The translations under genes were made by a program, and so were the position numbers. A stretch of 64,000 nucleotides of DNA from Longimicrobiales bacterium. GTDB taxonomy: Bacteria > Gemmatimonadota > Gemmatimonadetes > Longimicrobiales > Gaopeijiaceae. Of the stretch, positions 31,701-39,567 are shown in pieces. The DNA lies in contig CAXXKM010000003.1 of assembly GCA_963664435.2 (NCBI GenBank), forward strand, positions 1,730,205-1,794,204, given 5' to 3'. A model generated the notes under the pieces. The model saw only the letters and a program-made list of their open reading frames with translations. It was not told the origin of the DNA and ran no database searches. The number at the start of each line of letters is the position of its first letter. Positions within the stretch are counted from its first letter, which is position 1.

Positions 31701-31874
31701 CGTGCCGCGCACGACTCCGGTGGTGGCCTCGGCCTGGGCGGATGCCGTGGCGGGAGAGAGCGCGGCGGCGAGGGCGAGTGCGGCCGCGAAGGTCAGCCGG
31801 GCAAGCAGCGCGCGTGGGGTTGTCCGGTGCGCGGTTGCAAAAGGCGCGGCGCGGACGAGCGAGCGGTTGCGCAT
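28776..31874 (-). CDS. TonB-dependent receptor (Oar-like) with N-terminal carboxypeptidase-regulatory-like domain
   Basis: LPSNGRNFLDFTLLTPGV, AEFGRSAGG.VNVVTRSGTN, QDTWK...TVNLGVRWE and QPRFGLAWD motifs; C-terminal F. Confidence 0.9.
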   Translation of the reverse strand: MRNRSLVRAAPFATAHRTTPRALLARLTFAAALALAAALSPATASAQAEATTGVVRGTVRDPAGTPVAGAVVLIEHRETGFRTTVETTAEGTFARTLLPLGTYDVTATAPDGFGTDRREGLVLRVGETLLLSLGFAPVELQGITVTRERDVLLDTEDVTSSQRFSEEVVDGLPSNGRNFLDFTLLTPGVSISQGPDGDELNVSGQRGIFNNFIVDGADFNNAFFGEQRGGQRPAFTFNQDAIEEMVVVNQGATAEFGRSAGGFVNVVTRSGTNDFTGTAHYYGQWDAISAAYPEARGGAKPDFGRGQFGFTVGGPIVRDRAFFFIAYDQQSSSETKQQQRLVNSEANLRRLDGFLQSRWPGLFDDEFGPIERTDDARALIAKLDVSAGERHQASFKYNYTWSEQVNGTFDVDSWGLSSNGIERDYSHAVNASLRSLLGNTVSNEFRFQWAGEDRPRWYGGPLIPGARLPGPPQFARLGGRPFPDIGMDFADGFRIGLPFFLPIDPGYDTRLQLVDNVSWLSGAHLFKAGVEYNRTSVEQQFIGFANSRYIFDSVDGFIGFATHGSGYVTCSDGSASTSGACPADSSVTGPVLLYLQSATVPGVPADELGLQSMLTHELAFFLQDTWKPSDRLTVNLGVRWEGAWHPDVFIRPEETFYAPYLSDPRFPSDGAIPDDLDNVQPRFGLAWDVDGGRTVVRLNAGAYNARIPGLVFAQYRTTNGAFQQILFRSSADAAVLGPVPAIDEQIDGSAAAPFLPDIQVADRNLELPRTWSFGAEATRALTSVVTASVSWQHARTDGLFRFVDRNAAALGSPFGIGTHPSGGGINALTVGESSARSRYHGLTLGLRGQGEAGGFAYDVNYTLGFDRSDDDNERDPFTYRYADPRNLDAEYGWSDRDRRHQFNGYFVFSLPGGVNASHMFRLLSASPVSAKCASPGERAAEPADRICADGSVLQRNTLRRDNAFFTWDFRVSREFVLGGGMVLEPVFEVFNATNQDNFLDTAHGSLLFNFDGSIRSGLGDTRRAQVGARMRF

Positions 31875-31881
31875 GGGCCGC

Positions 31882-33183
31882 TCACGAACCTCCATGCACC
31901 AGCCGATCCGGAACGCGGCGGAGCAGCAGGAACCCGGTCAGCATCAGCGCGGTGAGCACGAGGAAGCCGGGGCGCTGGTTGCCGGCCGCCAGGAAGGTGG
32001 CCCAGCCGAAGAGCACCGGTCCCAATACCGAGGACGTCTTTCCGCAGAAGGCGTAAAACCCGAACATCTCGGCTTCCCTTCCCTGCGGGATCAGGAGTGT
32101 CAGGTAGGCCCGGCTCGCCGACTGCACCGAGCCCAGGCCGAGTCCGGCCACGACGGCCAGACCGTAGAAGACGGCCGTCGACTGTACGAAGTAGGCGGCG
32201 ACCCCGGCGATCACCCACATGATCAGCACGCCGGTGAGGATTCTCCGGGGACCGAGACGATCGGTCGGTTTGGCGAGCGTAAGGGCCCCCGCCATTGCCG
32301 AGAACTGTACCACGAGGAAAAGGATGATGGCTTCCGTCTGATTGAAGCCAAAGGTCTCGGTGGCGATGACGGCGGCCATGACGATGACGGTGTTTATGCC
32401 ATCGATATAGAAGAAATACGAGGTGAGGAAGCGGCGGAGGTCGCGGAGCGCCCAGACCTCCCGCAGGGTCGCGAGAAAGCCTCGTGTTCCCAGCACCGCC
32501 GCTTCGCCCACGCTCACGTCGCTTCCCCGGTCGGACGGCAGATGGCGGAACGCGGGGATGGAGAAGACCAGGAAGAAGCCCACCACCAGCAGCCAGACGG
32601 GTTCGATCTGGTCGACGAAGAGCGCTTGCAGGAATACCAGCGCCAGAATCAGCCCCAGAGCGGACCCCAGATATCCCCAGCCGAAGCCGTAGCCCGATAC
32701 CGCGCCTCGCTCCTCGGGCGGAGTGATGTCCGAAAGGTACGCGTTGTAGAAGACGAGCCCTCCTTCGAAGCCGATGTTGGCGACCACGAAGAAGGCGAAG
32801 CCGGCGAACACCATCCCCGGCCCGACCGTGGTGAGCAGCGACACTCCGACGAGACAGACCGCCACGTAGACGGCCAGGAAGCGTTTGCGTAGCCCGCACC
32901 GGTCCGCGATTCCACCAAGCAGGGGCGCGGAAAGCGCAACCATCAGCACCGAGAGCGAGACGGCCGAACCCCACCACAGCTCCCCCTCGCCCCCTTCGCC
33001 CCCCACCACCGTGGAGACGTAAAACACCGGGAAGACCGCCGTGGTCATCACCGCCGGATAGATGGAGTTGGCGAAATCGAACATCACCCACGAGCGGACC
33101 TGGCGGCGGCGCGTGGTTTCCGCCTCGTCCCTTTCGGTGCGGCCCGCAGGCGGTGGGGATCCCGAGCCTGCTTCCTCGCTCAC
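31882..33183 (-). CDS. MFS transporter (UMF1/ATG22-like)
   Basis: SWVMFDFANS, VFYNAYL, SGYGFGWGYLGS and EMFGFY motifs; about 12 TM helices. Confidence 0.85.
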   Translation of the reverse strand: MSEEAGSGSPPPAGRTERDEAETTRRRQVRSWVMFDFANSIYPAVMTTAVFPVFYVSTVVGGEGGEGELWWGSAVSLSVLMVALSAPLLGGIADRCGLRKRFLAVYVAVCLVGVSLLTTVGPGMVFAGFAFFVVANIGFEGGLVFYNAYLSDITPPEERGAVSGYGFGWGYLGSALGLILALVFLQALFVDQIEPVWLLVVGFFLVFSIPAFRHLPSDRGSDVSVGEAAVLGTRGFLATLREVWALRDLRRFLTSYFFYIDGINTVIVMAAVIATETFGFNQTEAIILFLVVQFSAMAGALTLAKPTDRLGPRRILTGVLIMWVIAGVAAYFVQSTAVFYGLAVVAGLGLGSVQSASRAYLTLLIPQGREAEMFGFYAFCGKTSSVLGPVLFGWATFLAAGNQRPGFLVLTALMLTGFLLLRRVPDRLVHGGS

Positions 33184-36100
33184 TGCCCGCCCCCCGGTCT
33201 CCGGTAACGCACCGGCGGCGGGGGCTCGTCCTCGAAGGTGACCCTCTGCGTCTCGAGCAGGCGGAGGGCTTCATGCACGGCCGTTTCCAGCTGCGGGTCG
33301 CCGCCGGCAATCACTGGGGCGGGGTCGTTGCGCACCTCGATGTCGGGCGCGACCCCCTCGGCCTCCACGGCCCACTCCCCGTTGACGTCGAAGAAACCGC
33401 CCCGGGGGGCCACGAAGCCGCCCCCGTCGATAAGGGGCGGGGTGTCCCAGGTACCCACAAGACCGCCCCACGTCTTGGTGCCAACCAGCGGGCCGACCCC
33501 CTTGAAACGGAACAGGTAGGGCAGCAGGTCGCCGCCCGACCCCGCGCGCTCGTTGATCACCATGACCTTGGGGCCGAACAGCCCGGCCATCGGCTGGGTC
33601 CACGGCTTGCGGTCGCCCGCGCGCGAGTTGAAATAGCCGGTGAGTTCGCGGTCGAGCATGTCCACGATGTAGTCGGCCGCCGAGCCGCCGCCGTTGTTCC
33701 GCTCGTCGATGACCGCCCCCTCGCGATCCTGCTGGGCGTAGTACATGCGGTTGAAGTACTGGTATCCGCCCTGCCCCGTGTTGGGGAGCCACACGTATGC
33801 GAGCCGGCCGCCGCTCATCTCGTCCACGCGGGCCTGGTTTTCCGCCACCCACGCCCACCGGCGCAGAATGCCCTCGTTCGCGATGGGCTCGACGATGATG
33901 TCGCGGGTCTCATCCATGGAAGGCGAGGGTCCCACCGTCAGGGTGATGGTCCGTCCCGCGGTGCCCTCCAGCAGCTCGTAGGGGTTGGTGGACGCCAGCA
34001 GCTCGGCCCCGTCCACGGCCAGCAGGTAGTCGCCCTCGGACACGTCCATCCCGGGGATGGAGAGCGGCCCGGCGGTCCCGGGCGTCCAGTCGCCACCGTG
34101 GTAGATGCGGGTGATGCGGTAATAGCCGCCGTCCTCCTCCAGGTCCGCGCCCAGCAGGCCGGTGCGGGGGTTGTCGAGCTCGGGATAGTCGCCCCCGCGC
34201 ACATACGAGTGCCCGACAGCGATCTCGCCCGAGAGCATGTCCAGGAGCTGGTTGAAGTCCGACCGGTGGCGCACGTCCGGGAGCCAGGCCGAGTACCAGT
34301 CCCAGACATCGTCCCACGGCGCCCCGTGCTGGTTGTCGACGTAGAGGAAGTCGCGCATGAAGCGCCAGCCGTCGCGGAGCATCTGCGCGTACTCGGCCGT
34401 CGGCTCGACGCGCACCCGCATCCCGTCGAGGTCGAGGCGGCCGTCGTTTCCGCCGGGCGGGCCCGCGGTGCCCACCACCCGCCAGCTGCCGCCGGTCCGG
34501 AAGAGCAGGTGCTCGCGGTCGTGGGACACGGTGACCGCGGTCGCCTGCTCGACGAACTCCTCGGCCTCCCGGTCTTCGACGGAGTACTTGAGCAGCTCCC
34601 CGCCCCCGAAACCCCCGCCCGCCATCACGAACACCGTCCCCTCGGGCCCGGGCGCGAGTCCCGCGTAGTCTTCCAGGGGAAGGCCGGGCGCGTCGATGAT
34701 ACGGCGGGCGATGCCATCGAAATCGATCGAGACGGCAGTGGGCGCGTCCTGGTCGGAACGGGACGCACCGCCCCCGGCGCCACTTCCGCCCTCGCCCGAG
34801 CCCGGGCCGCCGGCCCCGGAACCACCCTCTTCGCCTTCACCGTCATCCTCCCCCTCCTCGTCGCTCCGCGGCAGGAACGGCGAGGGCTCGTCCTCATCCA
34901 GCAGCGCCAGGTACAGGGCGCGCGTGACCGGCCGGTCGTAGGAGGTCATGTCGAGCCAGCCGGTGTTCAGGCCGTAGTCGGTGGAGGCGAGGAAGTAGAG
35001 GTACTTCCCCGATTCATCCCACACCGGGGTGATCGCGTCGGACATGCCGTCGGTGAGCTGGTGCGTCTCGCCCGAGTCCGTGTCGTGCACGAAGATGGCG
35101 CGCAACTGGTTGTCGAGCCGCCGCGCGTAGGCGATCCAGCGCGAATCGGGCGACCACAGGGGGTTCATGGTGCGCTGCGGATGGGCGAAGCGGTCGGTGT
35201 CCACGTGCTCCACCTCGCCCGATTCCACGTCCAGCACCAGCACGCGGTAGTGCGTGTCGGTGAAGGCCAGCTTGCTGCCGTCCGGCGACCATTCGGGCCT
35301 GAAGTAGAACGACGGCTCCGTGATTTCGATGCGGCGCGGATTGGCCCCGTCCTGCTCGGCGATCACGAGCCCGTATTCGTCGGCCGCGTCGTTGAACCAG
35401 GCAATGCGCGACCCGTCGGGGGACCAGGCCGGGTGCCGGTCGGCCACCCCCGGCGTGCGGGTGAGGTTGCGCCACGAGCCCTCCTCCGCCGGCACGCTGA
35501 AGATCTCGCCGCGCCACTCGAAGAGTGCCCGCTTGCCGGTCGGGGAAAGCCGGGCGTCACGCATCTGCTGGGGCGGCACCTGCTCCCAGCGCGCTCGCGA
35601 CCAGTTCATGTCGCCGGCCACGTGGATCTCGAGCGCGCGCGTGCGCCCGGACGCGGGATCCAGTTCATGCAGGTAGCCCGCCTGCTCGTAAACCACGACG
35701 CCGTCCCCGACCCCGAGCGACTTCACGTCGAAGTCCGCGTGCCGCGTCAGCTGCCGCTCCGCCCCCGTGCGCGGATCGAACGACCACACGTTGCTGGCCC
35801 AGTCCCGTTCGGACATGTAGTAGACCACGCCGTCCATCCACACCGGGTCCATGTGTCGCTCGCCTTCCCAGGAGGGCGTGGTGCGCTCCCAGTCGGCGGT
35901 CGCCACGATCCCGATCGGCTGCGCCTGCCCGCCCCGGTAGTTCCGCCACTCCGGGTCCCAGTAGCCGATCTCCTGGTAGGCAATGTACGCCCCGTCCGCC
36001 GACATCCCGCCCAGGTACGCCTGCGGCAGCGCGAGCGGCTCCGGCAGCCCGCCCGCCGGCGGCACCGTGTAGAACTTCCACAGCCGGGTGGGCACCGCGT

Positions 36101-36518
36101 CCCGGCCCGACTGGAAGAGGATCTCACCGGCAGGAGTCCACCCCTGCACCACGTCCGCCGCCGGATGCCAGGTGAGCCGCCGTGGCTGTCCGCCCGTGGC
36201 CGGCATCAGGTAGACGTCGGTGTTGCCCCCGTACTGTCCCGAAAAAGCGATCCACTGCCCGTCCGCGCTGATGGCCGGGTCGGTCTCCGCGCCCTCGGAG
36301 CTGGTGAGCCGCATGGCGTTGCCCCCGTCGCGGCCCGTGAGCCACAGGTCGTTGGCGTGCACGAAGACGATGTGCGTCGCGCTCACATCGGGCTGGTGGA
36401 GGAAGCGAGTGCCCTGGGCCTGGGCAGAGCCGGGGATGCCGGCGGCGGCGATGGTGGCCGACCCCACCAGCGCGAGGACGAGGACGAGACGGGACCGGGA
36501 AGGAACAGGACGCGACAT
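33180..36518 (-). CDS. Tricorn-like S41 peptidase (beta-propellers, PDZ, catalytic domain)
   Basis: PD40 repeats; WRNYRGG, DERNNGGG, INERAGSGGD, GTKTWGGLVG and EGVAPD motifs; signal peptide at 36518. Confidence 0.92.
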   Translation of the reverse strand: MSRPVPSRSRLVLVLALVGSATIAAAGIPGSAQAQGTRFLHQPDVSATHIVFVHANDLWLTGRDGGNAMRLTSSEGAETDPAISADGQWIAFSGQYGGNTDVYLMPATGGQPRRLTWHPAADVVQGWTPAGEILFQSGRDAVPTRLWKFYTVPPAGGLPEPLALPQAYLGGMSADGAYIAYQEIGYWDPEWRNYRGGQAQPIGIVATADWERTTPSWEGERHMDPVWMDGVVYYMSERDWASNVWSFDPRTGAERQLTRHADFDVKSLGVGDGVVVYEQAGYLHELDPASGRTRALEIHVAGDMNWSRARWEQVPPQQMRDARLSPTGKRALFEWRGEIFSVPAEEGSWRNLTRTPGVADRHPAWSPDGSRIAWFNDAADEYGLVIAEQDGANPRRIEITEPSFYFRPEWSPDGSKLAFTDTHYRVLVLDVESGEVEHVDTDRFAHPQRTMNPLWSPDSRWIAYARRLDNQLRAIFVHDTDSGETHQLTDGMSDAITPVWDESGKYLYFLASTDYGLNTGWLDMTSYDRPVTRALYLALLDEDEPSPFLPRSDEEGEDDGEGEEGGSGAGGPGSGEGGSGAGGGASRSDQDAPTAVSIDFDGIARRIIDAPGLPLEDYAGLAPGPEGTVFVMAGGGFGGGELLKYSVEDREAEEFVEQATAVTVSHDREHLLFRTGGSWRVVGTAGPPGGNDGRLDLDGMRVRVEPTAEYAQMLRDGWRFMRDFLYVDNQHGAPWDDVWDWYSAWLPDVRHRSDFNQLLDMLSGEIAVGHSYVRGGDYPELDNPRTGLLGADLEEDGGYYRITRIYHGGDWTPGTAGPLSIPGMDVSEGDYLLAVDGAELLASTNPYELLEGTAGRTITLTVGPSPSMDETRDIIVEPIANEGILRRWAWVAENQARVDEMSGGRLAYVWLPNTGQGGYQYFNRMYYAQQDREGAVIDERNNGGGSAADYIVDMLDRELTGYFNSRAGDRKPWTQPMAGLFGPKVMVINERAGSGGDLLPYLFRFKGVGPLVGTKTWGGLVGTWDTPPLIDGGGFVAPRGGFFDVNGEWAVEAEGVAPDIEVRNDPAPVIAGGDPQLETAVHEALRLLETQRVTFEDEPPPPVRYRRPGGGQ

Positions 36519-36701
36519 CGGCTTGGACTCCGTGGGCGGGGCACGTGAAGGCGATGATTGGGAAGCTGACGCTTGGGGGCGAAGGCGCAAGGAGGAGTGC
36601 GGCCGAGTGGCGGCAGGTTCGCGCTTGCTCGCACGGCATTTGCGCCATAGGCTGGCTACGAGGTTCTGTCGCTTCGCATCCACCTTCGGAGGAAACCCGA
36701 G

Positions 36702-37967
36702 ATGGCATCGAACAGCCGCTCCCGCATCTCTCGCCGCACCTGGATCGCCGCCACTTCCGGGGCCGTGGCCGCGGGCCTGATCAAGACCCAGGCCGACGCC
36801 GTCAAGCTGGTGGCGCAGGAGGCCCCGACACCGCCCGACGACCCCACCAGGGTCCCGGGCCGCTTCACCTCCGAGGTGGGCGTGCGCGCGCCCGAGGAAC
36901 GCCCGCGGCGGCTCACCCGCTCGCAGACGCTCTCCAGTTCCTCGCGCACCCCGCTGCAGGAGCTGCAGGGCACCATCACGCCCGCGGACCTGCACTTCGA
37001 GCGCCATCACGCTGGCATCCCCGACATCCGCACGGGCCGGCACGAGCTGCTGGTGCACGGCATGGTCGAGCGCCCGATGGTCTTCTCGATGGCCGACCTG
37101 AAACGCTACCCGTCGGTGGCGCGCACCTACTTCCTCGAGTGCTCCGGAAACGGAGGCGGGGCCTACAATCGCGAGCGCATGCCGGTCGAGATCAGCCCCC
37201 AGGCCCTCGACGGGCTCCTCAGCACCAGCGAGTGGGTGGGCGTCCCGGTCAGGACCATCCTGAACGAGGTGGGCGCCGACCCGGCCGCGACCTGGATCCT
37301 GGCGGAAGGCGCCGATGCCGCGGTCATGTCGCGCAGCGTCCCCATGGAAAAGATCATGGACGACGCCCTCCTCGCCTACGGGCAGAACGGCGAGGCCATC
37401 CGTCCCGAGCAGGGCTATCCGCTGCGCCTGCTCTTGCCCGGCTGGGAGGGCAACGCCAGCGTCAAGTGGCTGCGGCGCATCGAGGTAACCGACCGCCCGA
37501 CCATGACCCGCGACGAGACCTCGCGCTACACCGATCCGCTCAAGGGCGGCCTGTCGCGCCAGTTCAGCTTCTTCATGGACGCGAAGTCCACCATCACCTT
37601 CCCCGCGTACCCGTATACGCTCCCGGAGCCGGGATGGTGGGAGGTCCAGGGGCTCGCGTGGACGGGGCGCGGGCGTATTACACGCGTCGACATCAGCACC
37701 GATGGCGGCGATAGCTGGACCGAAGCCGAGCTGCAGGAGCCCATCCTGCCCAAGTCGACGGTCCGCTTCCGGCATCTCTGGAACTGGGACGGCAGCGAAA
37801 GCCTGCTGATCAGCCGCGCGGTCGACGAGACGGGCTACGTGCAGCCGACCGTGCAGCAGCTCTGGGAGGCGCGCGGCGAGCGCACCGCGTACCACAACAA
37901 CCAGCAGAGGGTGTGGAAGGTCGGGGCGAACGGCGCCGTCACCTTCGGCCTGGGAGACCTGGTATGA
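36702..37967 (+). CDS. soxC: Sulfite oxidase family molybdoprotein SoxC with Tat signal
   Basis: SRRTWI, GTITPADLHFERHHAG, FLECSGNG, RPEQGYPLRL, GWEGNASVKWL and SRAVDETGYVQP motifs. Confidence 0.88.
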   Translation: MASNSRSRISRRTWIAATSGAVAAGLIKTQADAVKLVAQEAPTPPDDPTRVPGRFTSEVGVRAPEERPRRLTRSQTLSSSSRTPLQELQGTITPADLHFERHHAGIPDIRTGRHELLVHGMVERPMVFSMADLKRYPSVARTYFLECSGNGGGAYNRERMPVEISPQALDGLLSTSEWVGVPVRTILNEVGADPAATWILAEGADAAVMSRSVPMEKIMDDALLAYGQNGEAIRPEQGYPLRLLLPGWEGNASVKWLRRIEVTDRPTMTRDETSRYTDPLKGGLSRQFSFFMDAKSTITFPAYPYTLPEPGWWEVQGLAWTGRGRITRVDISTDGGDSWTEAELQEPILPKSTVRFRHLWNWDGSESLLISRAVDETGYVQPTVQQLWEARGERTAYHNNQQRVWKVGANGAVTFGLGDLV

Positions 37968-38545
37968 GGCGCACCGCGCTGGCCGTCATCGCGCTCGCGC
38001 TCGCTTGCTCGCCCCCGGGTTCCGATGGCGGGGGCGCGTCGGGCGCAAGCTCCGCGGACGGCGCCGAGCCCCCGGAGCGCTTCGGCTTCGGGAGTGCCGC
38101 GTCCGTCGAGCGCGTCGCCATGTGGGACATCGACGTGAAGCCCGACGGGGAGGGGCTGCCACCCGGCAGCGGCACCGTCGCCGAGGGCGAACAGGTCTAT
38201 CTCATGCAATGCATCGCCTGCCACGGTCCCACCGGCACCGAGGGGCCCAACGATGTCCTGGTGACCCGCGAGCCCTGGGAGGAGTGGCCGGCCGGCCGCA
38301 CCGTCGGCGGCTACTGGCCCTACGCCACGACGCTCTACGACTACATCGTGAAGGCGATGCCGCAACTGACCCCGGGCACCCTGACCCCCGACGAGACCTA
38401 CGCCGTGATCGCGTACATCCTCTACCTGAACGACCTCGTGCCCGAGGACGCGGTGATGAACGCCGAGACACTGCCGGGCATCGAGATGCCGTACCGGGAC
38501 CGCTTCGTGCCCGATGACCGGACGGGGGGCAGCGTTATCAGGTAG
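37964..38545 (+). CDS. soxD: SoxD-like monoheme cytochrome c lipoprotein
   Basis: WDIDVKPDGEGLPPGSG, CIACHG and TVGGYWPYATTLYDYI..AMP motifs; overlaps the soxC stop. Confidence 0.85.
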   Translation: MRRTALAVIALALACSPPGSDGGGASGASSADGAEPPERFGFGSAASVERVAMWDIDVKPDGEGLPPGSGTVAEGEQVYLMQCIACHGPTGTEGPNDVLVTREPWEEWPAGRTVGGYWPYATTLYDYIVKAMPQLTPGTLTPDETYAVIAYILYLNDLVPEDAVMNAETLPGIEMPYRDRFVPDDRTGGSVIR

Positions 38546-38584
38546 CCGGAGCGCTCGCCGGGCAGCGGATCGCAAAAGGCGCCG

Positions 38585-38854
38585 TCACGCGCCCGCCGCC
38601 GGCACCAGCAGCTTGTCACGCAACTGGCGGACGTCCTCCCGGATGTCCTGGATATCGATCCGGAGCGCGTCGATGTCGTGGCGGACGTCCTCCCGCAGGA
38701 CGTTCATCTCGCCGCGCATCTCGGCGCGCAATTCGCTCATCTCGGTGCGCAGTTCACTCATTTCGCTGCGCATGCTGACGAACAGAGTGACCTGGAGGCC
38801 CACCAGCGTTACGCCGACGGCAAGAATGGCGATCAATTCCTGGCTCAGCTTCAT
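38585..38854 (-). CDS. Small membrane-anchored coiled-coil protein, copy 1 (89 aa)
   Basis: N-terminal hydrophobic helix plus (EMSELRT) heptads; GAGGAG RBS. Confidence 0.75.
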   Translation of the reverse strand: MKLSQELIAILAVGVTLVGLQVTLFVSMRSEMSELRTEMSELRAEMRGEMNVLREDVRHDIDALRIDIQDIREDVRQLRDKLLVPAAGA

Positions 38855-39092
38855 GCGTTCTCCTCTTTCGAGTCACGGATGGAGTCACGCAGGTGCTCAA
38901 AACCTTGATCGCCGATCGGGAGAGCCAGCCCGATTCAATGCCTTGTGCACGGCACCTCGTCTTCAATAGTGGCACCGGGGCGCGGGCGGCGCCATGGGAG
39001 AATGGGATGATGGGGGCCGGCGCAGCACCTCGCTTCTGCCCAGGAAAAAGTAGCCCCTGGACTTGAGATCGAGCGTCAGGCAGCGATCATAA

Positions 39093-39395
39093 TCACGCGC
39101 CCGCCGCCGGGACCAGCAGTTTGTCGCGCAGCTGACGGACGTCCTCCCGGATGTCCTGAATGTCGATCCGGAGCGCGTCGATGTCGTGGCGGACGTCGTC
39201 CCGCAGGACGTTCATCTCGCCGCGCATCTCCTCGCGCAATTCGCTCATCTCGGTGCGCATCTCGCTGCGCAGTTCACTCATCTCGCCGCGCAGTTCACTC
39301 ATTTCGCCGCGCATGGTGACGAACAGGGTGACCTGGAGGCCTGTCAGCGTTACGCCGACGGCGAGGATGGCGATCAGTTCCTGGCTCAGCTTCAT
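39093..39395 (-). CDS. Small membrane-anchored coiled-coil protein, copy 2 (100 aa)
   Basis: Near-identical to 38585-38854 with 11 extra codons in the heptad region. Confidence 0.75.
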   Translation of the reverse strand: MKLSQELIAILAVGVTLTGLQVTLFVTMRGEMSELRGEMSELRSEMRTEMSELREEMRGEMNVLRDDVRHDIDALRIDIQDIREDVRQLRDKLLVPAAGA

Positions 39396-39567
39396 GCGTT
39401 CTCCTCTTTCGAGTCACGGATGGAGTCACGCAGGTGCTCTAAAACCTTGATCGCCGATCGGGAGAGCCAGCCCGATTCAATGCCTTGTGCGCGGCACCTC
39501 GCATTCAATAGTGACACCGGGGCGCGGGCGGCGCCATGGGAGAATGGGATGATGGGGGGCAGGGTGC

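Larger units (their letters stand above)
38585..39558 (-). repeat. Tandem duplication of gene plus ~160 bp upstream region (38585-39016 and 39093-39558)
   Basis: The upstream segments differ at only about 5 positions; a unique ~75 bp spacer separates the units. Confidence 0.9.

Noticed and set aside
29418..36548. Very long antisense or alternate-frame ORFs (e.g. 29418-31955, 33153-36548, also 47974-50535 and 21502-24150)
   Set aside because: Shadow ORFs expected at high GC; they overlap well-supported genes and have no recognisable motifs.
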